Positions 1-8,946 of a DNA stretch of 64,000 nt are shown here, one piece after another. Where the stretch lies: positions 9,924-73,923 of the forward strand of contig CAZQVF010000001.1 in NCBI GenBank assembly GCA_964596735.1, in the 5' to 3' direction. The notes below the pieces were generated by a model. It was given only the letters and a program-made list of their open reading frames with translations, was not told the origin of the DNA and did no database searches. The stretch comes from an uncultured Gammaproteobacteria bacterium. GTDB taxonomy: Bacteria > Patescibacteriota > Patescibacteriia > UBA2591 > UBA6264. Position numbers and translations under genes: made by a program. Within the stretch, counting starts at the first letter, position 1. Every line of letters begins with the position of its first letter.

Positions 1-1995
1 GGAGATTTTGACGGAGACAATGATTATATAAATGTTTCAAATAATGTAACCTTAGACCCTGGGTCAGGGAGTTATACTGGTATGGCTTGGATTAAAACAT
101 CAATTAGCACCGGCAATGCATATATATTTGGCTATTATGAAGGAGGAGAAACAGATCGCGTAGAGTTTAGAGTCCAAGACGGAAAAATACGCATCCTTAT
201 AAATGATAATGGTAATGTGATTTATAGAGATTCTCTTGCTTCGGTTGGTAATGGTTTATGGCATCATGTTGCTTTTGTTTGGAATACAGCCACTAACACT
301 CTTGATGTTTATGTTGATGGAAGTGCTTCAAACGGCAGTTTAACCGGCACCCCATCTAATATTGGCACAATTGACCCGGCTGGAGATTTGTCTATTGGAA
401 GGAGAAATAATAATGAGAGTTATTTTAATGGTTTTATGGATAATGTAGCAATTTATGACCGGGCTTTGCCGTCAACAGAAATCCAAGAAGCTTATAACAA
501 GAGCACACCTGCTTGTGTGGGCTGGGAAGATCATGATCATGATTATGATGACCCTCCTGAGCCCTTGGACTTTAATAGTTTAGCAGTGAATAATCCTGAT
601 AATTGTGAGCAATTATTAGTTTATTGGGATCCATCGGAGTGGGCTGAAGATTATACTTATTGGCGAGATCAACAAGACGGTATTGATCTCTGTGGCGTCT
701 GCACTTCTGAATCTACTTGTGAAACAAATGGTTATACAGAATATAATGTCTTGGCCGGCTCTTGCACAGAATCAGAATGTTCATTATCAGACACAGGTTT
801 ATCTTCTAACACAGGCTATTGTTATAACATCACTGCTTATAATGAAACTGGTTCAACCTGGGCAACTGATACCCCGCCAACTTATCCAGCCCCTTATTGG
901 AGAAGTACAACTCTTTGCGCGCCTGAAAATTTAGCTAGTGACGCAGATACCTGTGGACAAGTTACTCTTACCTGGGACAAAGGAACTAGTGTAGACGGGT
1001 ATAATATTTATCGTTCTTTAGCAACAGGTGATTGTGATAATCTATATAACAGTGGCTGTGAATTAACCGGACATTTAGCCGAGGCATTGGATTACGACGT
1101 TGATAATGACGACACTAATGACTTGATTGCTCAATGGAAAATGAATGAATCAAGCTGGAATGGAACAAATAAGGAGGTTAAAGATTCTTCAGCTCAGACA
1201 CCACTTAATCATGGAACAGCGGATTGTCATGGAACATGTTCAGTCCCAACTACTACGACTGGCATTTTTGATAAAGCAGGCAGTTTTGATGGAGTTGATG
1301 ATTATGTAGATTTAAACAAGTCTATAGCATTTGGTACTGGTGATTTTACTATCGAAGGCTGGGTATATGCTTCTTCGTCTGAAACAGGGTATGGAATGTT
1401 AATAGGTGATTATAGTACAGGGAAGTTAAATTTTTATGCTAGTAATTCAATATCTAATTCTCCAAGAGTAGAGTTAACTGCTTGTGATTCTTCACATTAT
1501 TTATATGGTGGTATGGACATACGTGATGCTTGGCACCATATAGCCCTGACCAGGGCTAGTGGGACTATTAAGCTTTGGGTTGATGGAGCGGTTAAAGACA
1601 CTGATACTTGTGCCGGAGACACTTATATGAATAATCCAAGAATAGGTTCAGCAACGCATGTAACCACAGAAGTATTTAATGGTTTGATTGATAATGTGGT
1701 TATTTATGATGTGGCAAAAACAGCCGAACAAATTAGAATTGATTATGAATCAGGCATAAATTCTAATTGTGAATCTGGCCAATGCGGACTAGCTTATGTC
1801 TGTGATGGGGCTTCATCCACTGATAAATGCGGAGCCAATAATACTTGTTGTTATACTGATTCTCGAATTATCCCATATGTTAATTATTATTATCGAGTAA
1901 CTGCTACAGGAGAAACAGGAGAGACCCCTTCTTCAACTGAAATTGGTCCAGCTCAAACAATTTGTTTCCCTGCTCCAGCCGAAGAAGAAGAGTAA
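1..1995 (+). CDS. Exported tandem LamG (Laminin_G_3 / concanavalin A-like lectin) domain protein, 5'-truncated at the window edge
   Basis: The frame is open from base 1 with no upstream stop; the ORF track starts at internal Met 82. There are two copies of the LamG_3 signature. One is W-H-H-[VI]-A ... [VL]-[YW]-V-D-G-[SA] (WHHVAFVWNTATNTLDVYVDGS and WHHIALTRASGTIKLWVDGAV). The other is F-N-G-[FL]-[MI]-D-N-V-[AV]-I-Y-D (FNGFMDNVAIYDRAL and FNGLIDNVVIYDVAK). The protein is Cys/Thr/Ser/Asn-rich with an acidic DYDDPPEP linker. Confidence 0.6.
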   Translation, partial: GDFDGDNDYINVSNNVTLDPGSGSYTGMAWIKTSISTGNAYIFGYYEGGETDRVEFRVQDGKIRILINDNGNVIYRDSLASVGNGLWHHVAFVWNTATNTLDVYVDGSASNGSLTGTPSNIGTIDPAGDLSIGRRNNNESYFNGFMDNVAIYDRALPSTEIQEAYNKSTPACVGWEDHDHDYDDPPEPLDFNSLAVNNPDNCEQLLVYWDPSEWAEDYTYWRDQQDGIDLCGVCTSESTCETNGYTEYNVLAGSCTESECSLSDTGLSSNTGYCYNITAYNETGSTWATDTPPTYPAPYWRSTTLCAPENLASDADTCGQVTLTWDKGTSVDGYNIYRSLATGDCDNLYNSGCELTGHLAEALDYDVDNDDTNDLIAQWKMNESSWNGTNKEVKDSSAQTPLNHGTADCHGTCSVPTTTTGIFDKAGSFDGVDDYVDLNKSIAFGTGDFTIEGWVYASSSETGYGMLIGDYSTGKLNFYASNSISNSPRVELTACDSSHYLYGGMDIRDAWHHIALTRASGTIKLWVDGAVKDTDTCAGDTYMNNPRIGSATHVTTEVFNGLIDNVVIYDVAKTAEQIRIDYESGINSNCESGQCGLAYVCDGASSTDKCGANNTCCYTDSRIIPYVNYYYRVTATGETGETPSSTEIGPAQTICFPAPAEEEE

Positions 1996-1996
1996 T

Positions 1997-4003
1997 ATGA
2001 ATAAAAATGAGGCAAAAAAAAGAATCGCCAGGCTTAGAAAAGAACTGGATCATCATCGTTATCTCTATCATGTTTTAGATAAACAAGAAATCTCTGATGG
2101 TGCTTGGGATTCTTTAAAACATGAATTATATAATTTAGAAAAAAAATATCCAGAACTTATTACTCCGGATTCGCCAACGCAAAGAGTAGGGGGAGATCCT
2201 TTAAAAAAATTTGTTAAAATACGGCATCCTCAACCAATGCTTTCTATTGAGGATGTTTTTAATTTCCAAGAATTACAAGACTGGGAAGATTATATGATAG
2301 ATTTTTTAAAAAAAAGATCTCATTTAAAATCAAAAAACAGTTTTTCATATTTTTGTGAACGTAAAATTGATGGAGTTAATATTGTTTTAACCTATAAAAA
2401 GGGAATATTAGTTACTGGGGTTACTCGAGGCAATGGTATAGTTGGAGAAGACGTTACTCAAAACATTAAGACGATTGAGGCTATTCCTTTACATCTAGAA
2501 AGACCAATTGATATTGTGGTTCGGGGAGAAATATTTATGCACCAAAAAGACTTTAAAAAACTTAATCAACAAAGAGAAAAACAAGGTTTACCAATTTATG
2601 CCAACCCAAGAAATGTGGCCGCTGGTTCTATTCGTCAGCTTGATTCAAAAATAACAGTTAAGAGGGTTCTTGATTGTTATGTTTTTGAGATTATTACTGA
2701 TTTGGGACAAAAAACACATGGACAGACTCATCAAATATTAAAACAACTTGGTTTTAAAACAGATCATCAGACAAGAATGTGTTCTAATTTAGAAGATGTT
2801 AAAAAATATTATAAAACTTATTTAACAAAGAGATTAAAAAATTCTTTTGACTATGATGGCGTGGTGGTTGTTTTAAATGAGATTTATTTAGAAAGGATTT
2901 TAAAGGCAGTGGGAAAGTCACCACGTTGGATGCGCGCCTATAAGTTTCCTGGTGAGCAAGCCACCACCATAGTTAAAGATATTGTGGTTCAAATTGGGCG
3001 AACCAGTGCTTTAACTCCAGTGGCTCAATTAAAACCAGTCCAGATAATGGGCAGTGTTGTTTCTAGGGCTACTTTGCATAATCAAGATGAAATAGACCGT
3101 TTAGATGTGAGAATTGGAGACACTGTTATTATTGAAAAAGCTGGTGACATTATTCCAGCCGTGGTCAGGGTTTTAAAAAATTTAAGAACAGGAAAAGCAA
3201 AGAGATTTCAAATGCCAAAACAATGTCCATTTTGTCGAGGCAAGATTAAACGAAGACCAAACAAAGTGGCTCATTATTGTTTAAATAAAAAATGTTTTGC
3301 CGCTCAGGAACAAAAAATTCGTCATTTTGTAGGTAAAAAAGGTTTTGACATTGAGGGCGTGGGCATAAAAATAGCTAAACAATTAATGGGACAAGGGTTA
3401 ATTAAAGACGCGGCAGATATCTTTACTCTTACTAGAGGAGACTTAGAGCCATTAGAGAGATTTGCTCAAAAATCAGCTGACAATTTAATTAAAGCCATAG
3501 CCCAAAGCAAAAAAATTGACTTGCCTCATTTTATTCAGGCCCTGGGCATTCGTCATATTGGAGAACAAACTGCTTTTGATTTAGCCCAACATTTTATTGA
3601 ATTAAAAAAAATAAAACAGACTAATAAAGAAATCTTAATGAGTTTGCCTGACTTGGGGCCAATTGCCAGTCAAAGTATTATTGATTGGTTTAAAGATGAA
3701 AATAATAAAAGTTTTTTGCAAAGATTAAAAAAAGCAGATGTTAAAATTAAAAGATTTTCTTCACCAATAAAAAAACAAACTTTAAAAAGTAAAAATTTTG
3801 TCATTACTGGCGTTTTAAAATCAATGTCACGAGAAAGAGCGAAAGAAAAGTTAAAAGCATTAGGAGGTAAAACACCGGTTCAAATTAGCAAAAAGACAGA
3901 CTTTCTTGTTTCTGGACAAAATCCTGGATCAAAGTATGATAAAGCCAAGCAATGGAAAATTAAAATAATTAATGAACAGGAATTTTTAAAAATGTTAAAG
4001 TGA
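1997..4003 (+). CDS. ligA: NAD-dependent DNA ligase LigA
   Basis: The true start is the ATG at 1997 (MNKNEAKKRIARLRKELDHHRYLY), 1 nt after the upstream stop. It has the adenylation motif K-I-D-G (CERKIDGVNIVLTYKKGILVTGVTRGNG), the Zn-finger CPFCRG...C..KKC, HhH motifs and a C-terminal BRCT domain. Length is 668 aa from the ATG. Confidence 0.93.
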   Translation: MNKNEAKKRIARLRKELDHHRYLYHVLDKQEISDGAWDSLKHELYNLEKKYPELITPDSPTQRVGGDPLKKFVKIRHPQPMLSIEDVFNFQELQDWEDYMIDFLKKRSHLKSKNSFSYFCERKIDGVNIVLTYKKGILVTGVTRGNGIVGEDVTQNIKTIEAIPLHLERPIDIVVRGEIFMHQKDFKKLNQQREKQGLPIYANPRNVAAGSIRQLDSKITVKRVLDCYVFEIITDLGQKTHGQTHQILKQLGFKTDHQTRMCSNLEDVKKYYKTYLTKRLKNSFDYDGVVVVLNEIYLERILKAVGKSPRWMRAYKFPGEQATTIVKDIVVQIGRTSALTPVAQLKPVQIMGSVVSRATLHNQDEIDRLDVRIGDTVIIEKAGDIIPAVVRVLKNLRTGKAKRFQMPKQCPFCRGKIKRRPNKVAHYCLNKKCFAAQEQKIRHFVGKKGFDIEGVGIKIAKQLMGQGLIKDAADIFTLTRGDLEPLERFAQKSADNLIKAIAQSKKIDLPHFIQALGIRHIGEQTAFDLAQHFIELKKIKQTNKEILMSLPDLGPIASQSIIDWFKDENNKSFLQRLKKADVKIKRFSSPIKKQTLKSKNFVITGVLKSMSRERAKEKLKALGGKTPVQISKKTDFLVSGQNPGSKYDKAKQWKIKIINEQEFLKMLK

Positions 4004-4007
4004 AAAT

Positions 4008-4307
4008 ATGATTAGCAAAAACCAAGTTAAACATATTGCTAAGCTAACTCGCTTAAAATTAAGCGAAGAAGAAGTAAGTAAATACCAAAAAGAATTGGCC
4101 AAGATTTTGGATTACGTTGGTCAATTACAAGAAATAGATACAAAAGATATTCCCCCATGTTCAGGGGGAACAGATTTAAAAAATGTTTTTCGTAAAGATG
4201 AATCAGAAATAAAAGTTAAGGAAAAGAGCCAAAAATTGGTAGACCAAGCCCCATCAAAGCAAAAAGATTTAATTAAAACCAAGGGAGTTTTTTATGAAAC
4301 TAAATAA
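4008..4307 (+). CDS. gatC: Asp/Glu-tRNA amidotransferase subunit C
   Basis: A 99-aa protein beginning MISKNQVKHIAKLTRLKLSEEEVSKYQKELAKILDYVGQLQEIDT, the typical GatC N-terminus. It lies immediately upstream of gatA and overlaps it by 14 nt. Confidence 0.85.
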   Translation: MISKNQVKHIAKLTRLKLSEEEVSKYQKELAKILDYVGQLQEIDTKDIPPCSGGTDLKNVFRKDESEIKVKEKSQKLVDQAPSKQKDLIKTKGVFYETK

Positions 4308-5727
4308 GTTAACCATTGGAGAAGCTCATCATGGGTTAAAGAAAAAAGAATTTTCTGTTAAAGAACTAACAAAAGACTGTTTAAATGAAATAAAAAAACA
4401 GGACAACAAGATCAATTCTTTTATTACTGTTTTTGAAAAACAAGCATTTAAACAAGCCGAAGAAACTGATCAGCGTATCAAGGTTCAGGGGGTGGAGAAT
4501 TTTCTTACCGGCATTCCTTTGGGGATAAAAGATAATATTTTAATTAAAGATACAGTTTGTACTGGTGGTTCTCAGATTTTAAAAAATTATCAGGCTAGTT
4601 ATGACGCAACAGTTATTAAAAAGTTAAAACAACAAGGAGTCATCTTTCTGGGCAAAACTAATTTAGATGAATTTGCCATGGGGGGTTCGACTGAGAATTC
4701 TGGCTTTGGTCCGACAAAAAATCCTTATAATCTAGAACATGTCCCCGGTGGATCTTCAGGGGGCTCAGCCGCCGCCCTGGCCAGTCAAATGTGTTTAGGA
4801 GCTTTAGGATCTGATACTGGAGGATCTATTCGTCAACCAGCTAGTTTTTGTGGCGTTGTTGGAGTTAAACCAAGTTATGGACGTGTTTCCCGTTATGGAT
4901 TAATGGCCATGGCTTCTTCTCTGGATCAAATTGGTTCTTTAGGTTCTTGCGTTGATGACGCCGCTATTTTATTACAGGCAATCGAAGGGAAAGACAGTTT
5001 AGACCCAACAAGCAAAAAAGCAGACTTTCCTATTAAAACACCAGAATTAAAAAGTTTAAAGAATTTTAAAATAGGTTTACCTAAAGAATATTTTGTTCAA
5101 GGACTTGATTTAGAGATAAAAGATTTAATTGATAAAGTAATTAAAAAATTAAAAGGTCAAGGGGCAGAAATTCTTGAGGTAAGTCTGCCGCACACAAAAC
5201 ACGCTTTGGCCTGTTATTATATTATTATGCCGGCAGAGGTCTCGGCCAATTTAGCCCGTTATGACGGGATTAAATATGGCCTTTCATCAGATCAGGGAAA
5301 AAATCTTTTAGATGTTTATTTAAACTCTCGCCGACAAGGGTTTGGTGAGGAAGCTCAAAGACGGATTATGTTAGGGGCCTATACTTTATCAGCTGGCTAT
5401 TATGACGCTTATTATTTACAAGCCCAAAAAGTAAGGACCTTAATTAAACAAGATTTTGAAAAGGTTTGGCAGAAAAACATTGATTGCTTGTTAACTCCAA
5501 CCACTCCAACACCAGCTTGGAAAATAGGGGAAAAAATTAATGATCCCTTAAGCATGTATTTAGCCGATGTTTATACTGTTTCGGTTAATTTAGCTGGTTT
5601 GCCGGGAATTTCTTTACCGGCTGGCAAGGTAAATGGCTTACCAGTTGGGTGCCAATTAATTGGTAATCATTTTCAAGAAAACAAGCTTTTACAAGTGGCT
5701 AAAATAGTTGAGAGCGTTAAATCTTAG
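4294..5727 (+). CDS. gatA: Glutamyl/aspartyl-tRNA amidotransferase subunit A (amidase)
   Basis: It carries the amidase signature GGSSGGSAAALAS and the Ser-cisSer-Lys context (GIKDNI, GGSIRQPASFCG). It is 477 aa and follows gatC in the conserved order. Confidence 0.93.
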   Translation: MKLNKLTIGEAHHGLKKKEFSVKELTKDCLNEIKKQDNKINSFITVFEKQAFKQAEETDQRIKVQGVENFLTGIPLGIKDNILIKDTVCTGGSQILKNYQASYDATVIKKLKQQGVIFLGKTNLDEFAMGGSTENSGFGPTKNPYNLEHVPGGSSGGSAAALASQMCLGALGSDTGGSIRQPASFCGVVGVKPSYGRVSRYGLMAMASSLDQIGSLGSCVDDAAILLQAIEGKDSLDPTSKKADFPIKTPELKSLKNFKIGLPKEYFVQGLDLEIKDLIDKVIKKLKGQGAEILEVSLPHTKHALACYYIIMPAEVSANLARYDGIKYGLSSDQGKNLLDVYLNSRRQGFGEEAQRRIMLGAYTLSAGYYDAYYLQAQKVRTLIKQDFEKVWQKNIDCLLTPTTPTPAWKIGEKINDPLSMYLADVYTVSVNLAGLPGISLPAGKVNGLPVGCQLIGNHFQENKLLQVAKIVESVKS

Positions 5728-5735
5728 TATTTATA

Positions 5736-5763
5736 TTGACAAAAAAAATAAAAGAATTATAAT
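5736..5763 (+). promoter_or_regulatory. Near-consensus sigma70-type promoter (TTGACA - 16 nt - TATAAT)
   Basis: TTGACA lies at 5736-5741 and TATAAT at 5758-5763 with a 16-nt A-rich spacer. A stable hairpin follows at 5765-5812. Confidence 0.45.
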
Positions 5764-5764
5764 A

Positions 5765-5812
5765 AAAAGCGGTTTTTGTCGGCCTAACTAAGAATGGCTA
5801 AAAACCGCTTAA
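5765..5812. other. Long-loop hairpin (AAAAGCGGTTTTT / AAAAACCGCTT stem), possible bidirectional terminator or ncRNA 5' stem-loop
   Basis: The 11-13-bp stem flanks a 22-nt loop, gtcggcctaactaagaatggct. A T-run follows on the minus strand (TTTTTATTAT). The loop contains the motif TTTGTCGGCCTAAC, which recurs at 5874-5888. Confidence 0.45.
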
Positions 5813-5927
5813 ATTATACAAAAAAAGATAACATTAGATTGCTTAGTGGTTATAAAAGACAGAAATGTTGAATTTTGTCGGCCTAACGCTTTTATAATTA
5901 AATTACTTTATTATTTATATGATGAAA

Positions 5928-5961
5928 TTTAATTTCAAGGTTCTGCGAAGCAGGTTCTTAT
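5928..5961 (-). repeat. 34-bp intergenic element ATAAGAACCTGCTTYGCAGAACCTTGAAATTAAA, copy 1 (reverse orientation, 33/34 identical to the others)
   Basis: The reverse complement of 5928-5961 matches 11598-11631 and 59002-59035 except for a single T/C change. The element contains the mini-hairpin CTGC-TTY-GCAG, a direct GAACC duplication and a TTGAAA (-35-like) hexamer. Confidence 0.75.
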
Positions 5962-5992
5962 AAATGAATTTCGTGATTAAAATAAATTTTTT

Positions 5993-7021
5993 ATGAAATA
6001 CATTAAAGAAAAAATAATTAAAAATAAAAAATATTATTATTTTAATTACACCCTTTCTCAGGTTTCAAACAAAAAAAAGATTTATTTGTCTAAATATATT
6101 GGTACGGAAATTCCCAACAATATTAAGGAGTTAATGTTAGGTTTTTTTCAAGAGAATGTTGCCCAAGTTTCATTAGAACGAATTAGTCGGTTAATTAGAA
6201 ATTATTTTCCTCAAAACACCATTGCGTATATTGAAAGAAATCGTTTTTGGTATACGTGTTTATTTCATAAATTTTTTAATAAAGATTTTAAATTATTTAG
6301 AACCCTATTTTATATATTGTTTGTTTTAAATTCTAATCGGGCTGAAGGTTCAAGGGTTGTCAGGCCCGATATAGAAAAGATTTTGGAAAAGAGAAGGGTT
6401 AAACCAAAGACTAATATAGACAAAGAAATTATTAATTCTGTTGAAGCTATAAATTTTGCTTTTTCAAAAAAAATGCAATGGAATATCAAGTCAGTTAAAA
6501 CAATTCATTATAAACTTTTTTATAACATAGCTCCAAATGCTGCGGGGCAATATAAAAAAGAACCAAATATTGCAGGGGACAATATTAGGGGGGAACTTGT
6601 TTCAACAACATTCCCTGAAGATGTCTCTAAAGAAATGAGAAATTTAATAAACTGGCTTAATCAAGAAAGAAGAAAGAAAACATACCCTCCTATTTTAGCC
6701 CTGGAATTTCACTGGCGTTTTGAAGCAATTCATCCTTTTCAGGACGGGAATGGAAGGGTGGGTAGAATTTTACTAAACGCTTTACTGGTAGAAAATAATT
6801 TTATGCCAGTAATATTTTTTAGCAAAAATCATCAATCTTATTGTTCAGCAATTTCTAAAGCTCGAACTGGTTACAGTAAAAAATTAGCTCAGCATTTTGT
6901 TGAACATTTAAAAAAGACAAAGATAAATATAGAAAAATACAGAAAGGAAAAGGTAATTAAAATAGCATCTCCTCAGACTGAAAAATGGGAAAAGGCCAGA
7001 GTAAATATAAAATTATATTAG
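5993..7021 (+). CDS. fic: Fic-family protein (AMPylase / adenylyltransferase), class II with an intrinsic inhibitory helix
   Basis: The Fic motif HPFQDGNGRVGR (HxFx[DE]GNGRxxR) is at about residue 237. An upstream inhibitory motif S-N-R-A-E-G ([ST]xxxE[GN]) is in LNSNRAEGSRV. Confidence 0.85.
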   Translation: MKYIKEKIIKNKKYYYFNYTLSQVSNKKKIYLSKYIGTEIPNNIKELMLGFFQENVAQVSLERISRLIRNYFPQNTIAYIERNRFWYTCLFHKFFNKDFKLFRTLFYILFVLNSNRAEGSRVVRPDIEKILEKRRVKPKTNIDKEIINSVEAINFAFSKKMQWNIKSVKTIHYKLFYNIAPNAAGQYKKEPNIAGDNIRGELVSTTFPEDVSKEMRNLINWLNQERRKKTYPPILALEFHWRFEAIHPFQDGNGRVGRILLNALLVENNFMPVIFFSKNHQSYCSAISKARTGYSKKLAQHFVEHLKKTKINIEKYRKEKVIKIASPQTEKWEKARVNIKLY

Positions 7022-7084
7022 GACTTGACCAAAATTAAAAACAATGTTAACTTAAATTAACTTTAATCAATTAATTTATTTTTT

Positions 7085-8092
7085 ATGGAAAAAACAGGTT
7101 TAACTCTTTGGAAAGCAATTGCTGGCATTCTACTGGTTATTTTAATTGCTTCGGTTTTGACCAATGGATTTGGCTTAAAACAAGTTTTAGTCAAAGTTCC
7201 TTCAGAGGAATTAGGTAATAAAACAATAGATTTTATTAATGAAAGCCTTCTTCAGCCAGGCACAACCGCCTCTTTGGCTAAGGCCGATTGTGAAGAAAGG
7301 CCAGGCCTTTGCAAATTAACAGTGAATATTGGTGATAATAGTTTTGATTCTTATATTTCAACAGATGGACAGCTTTTATTTCCAGAAGCAATTGAAATGG
7401 AAAAAGCAGAAGAATCAAACAATCAGGCGGCAACGGATCAACAAGTAGGTCAGTCAGCCTCTTTGGAAAATCTTCCCAAACAAGAGAAAGCAGACGTGAA
7501 GCTATTTATCATGTCTTATTGTCCATATGGTTTGCAAGCTCAAAAAGCCTTATTGCCCGCCTTTGATCTGTTAAAGGACCAAGCAGATATAAAAGTTCAC
7601 TTTGTTAATTATATTATGCATGACAAACAAGAAATTGATGAAAACTTAAGACAATATTGTATTCAAGAACAAGAACCAGAAAAGTTTATACCATATCTTG
7701 GTTGTTTTGTTGAAGCAGGGGATTTTGAAAAATGTTTAAGTCAGGTCAATATTAATAAATCAAACTTAAACACTTGTCTAGCTCAAACAGATGAAGAATA
7801 TGGACTTTATGCCGCCTACGAAGACAAAGAATCTTGGCTTAGCGGATTATATCCAGTCTTTAAGATTGATGATGAACTTAACAAACAATATGGTGTTCAA
7901 GGATCTCCGACCCTGGTTATTAATGACCAGGTGGTTCAACCAAATAGATCCCCAGAAGCTTATAAACAAGCGATTTGCCTGGGCTTTGAAACAATGCCTG
8001 ATCAATGCGCTCAAACATTGTCTAGTAAATCTCCCACACCAGGGCTTGGACTTGGAGAAACAGACTCTACGAGTGATGCCCAGTGTGAATAA
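7085..8092 (+). CDS. Membrane-anchored DsbA/thioredoxin-fold protein with a monothiol CPYG active-site variant
   Basis: An N-terminal TM segment (LLVILIASVLTNGF) is followed by a thioredoxin-like core, FIMSYCPYGLQAQK ... YGVQGSPTLVINDQ. This DsbA-like cis-Pro loop has CxxG in place of the canonical CxxC. Confidence 0.6.
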   Translation: MEKTGLTLWKAIAGILLVILIASVLTNGFGLKQVLVKVPSEELGNKTIDFINESLLQPGTTASLAKADCEERPGLCKLTVNIGDNSFDSYISTDGQLLFPEAIEMEKAEESNNQAATDQQVGQSASLENLPKQEKADVKLFIMSYCPYGLQAQKALLPAFDLLKDQADIKVHFVNYIMHDKQEIDENLRQYCIQEQEPEKFIPYLGCFVEAGDFEKCLSQVNINKSNLNTCLAQTDEEYGLYAAYEDKESWLSGLYPVFKIDDELNKQYGVQGSPTLVINDQVVQPNRSPEAYKQAICLGFETMPDQCAQTLSSKSPTPGLGLGETDSTSDAQCE

Positions 8093-8118
8093 AGTATAGT
8101 GCTTTAAAACAATAATTT

Positions 8119-8946
8119 ATGTTTAATCTATTTTTTGATTTTTTACATAATTTTGAGCCCCAACCAATTATTTTACGGTTGGGGTTTTTAAATATTTATT
8201 GGTACAGTTGTCTAATTGTTATTGCTCTTTTATTGGGTTTAATTCTTGTTTTTAAATTAAGTTCAAGATTTAAAATTGAAAAACAATTATTAGAAAACTT
8301 GTTTTTTTATTTAATTATTAGTGGTTTTTTAGGCGCTCGTCTTTACCATGTTTTAAGTGAATTTCCCTATTATCTAAGGCATCCTTGGCAGGTATTTGCG
8401 GTCTGGCAAGGGGGGCTGGGTATTTACGGAGCAGTTGTTGTTGGCAGCCTGGTTTTGCTTTGGTTTTGTAGAAAATACAAATTAAATTTTTTATCTTTAG
8501 CTGACTTATTAGCCCCTAGCTTAATATTGGGACAAGCCATTGGCCGTTGGGGAAATTATTTTAATCAAGAAGTCTTTGGAAAGCCAACCAGTCTGCCCTG
8601 GGGGATTCCTATTGAAACAATGGCCAGGCCTTTAGAATTTTTATCAAGTCAATATTTTCACCCTACTTTTTTATACGAATCAATTTGGAATTTTTTAGTA
8701 TTTTTAATTCTAATTTTTGTTTTAATAAAGATTTTTCCTAAGCCAGGCCGAATTTTTTCTCTTTATTTAATTCTTTATTCTTTTGGCAGGTTCTTTTTAG
8801 AGTTTTTAAGAATTGATTCTCAGCCAGTTTTATTTGATTTGCGTTTAGCTCAGATTATTTCTTTGTTGGTTTTTATTTTTGGTTTTTATTTATTAATAAA
8901 AAAGAGCCCCTGGAAAGACTCATCCGAATCTGAAAAAGATATTTAA
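8119..8946 (+). CDS. lgt: Prolipoprotein diacylglyceryl transferase
   Basis: A polytopic 275-aa protein with Lgt signatures (GARLYHVL, WQGGLGIYGAVVG, GRWGNYFNQE). Confidence 0.88.
   Translation: MFNLFFDFLHNFEPQPIILRLGFLNIYWYSCLIVIALLLGLILVFKLSSRFKIEKQLLENLFFYLIISGFLGARLYHVLSEFPYYLRHPWQVFAVWQGGLGIYGAVVVGSLVLLWFCRKYKLNFLSLADLLAPSLILGQAIGRWGNYFNQEVFGKPTSLPWGIPIETMARPLEFLSSQYFHPTFLYESIWNFLVFLILIFVLIKIFPKPGRIFSLYLILYSFGRFFLEFLRIDSQPVLFDLRLAQIISLLVFIFGFYLLIKKSPWKDSSESEKDI

Noticed and set aside
683-934. 83-aa ORF in an alternate frame inside the LamG protein gene
   Set aside because: Entirely nested within a long, motif-supported ORF; its composition is typical of an out-of-frame artefact. The same applies to 7791-8099, 10232-10438(-), 12535-12765(-), 13246-13482(-), 14092-14319(-), 14898-15212(-), 15279-15473(-), 17728-17913, 18302-18583, 19344-19598, 22497-22706(-), 22522-22887, 27417-27614(-), 28732-28989, 29301-29552(-), 30549-30833(-) and all short ORFs nested inside 30622-43200, 47466-47709, 48893-49084, 49388-49573, 51498-51842, 52352-52549, 54764-54988(-), 55394-55615(-), 56373-56558(-), 59469-59675, 60051-60573(-) and 60900-61112.
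1943-1996. ORF-track start of ligA at 1943, overlapping the upstream gene
   Set aside because: The conserved LigA N-terminus starts at MNKNEAKKRIARL (ATG 1997). The 18 extra residues come from read-through of the upstream gene's 3' end in another frame.
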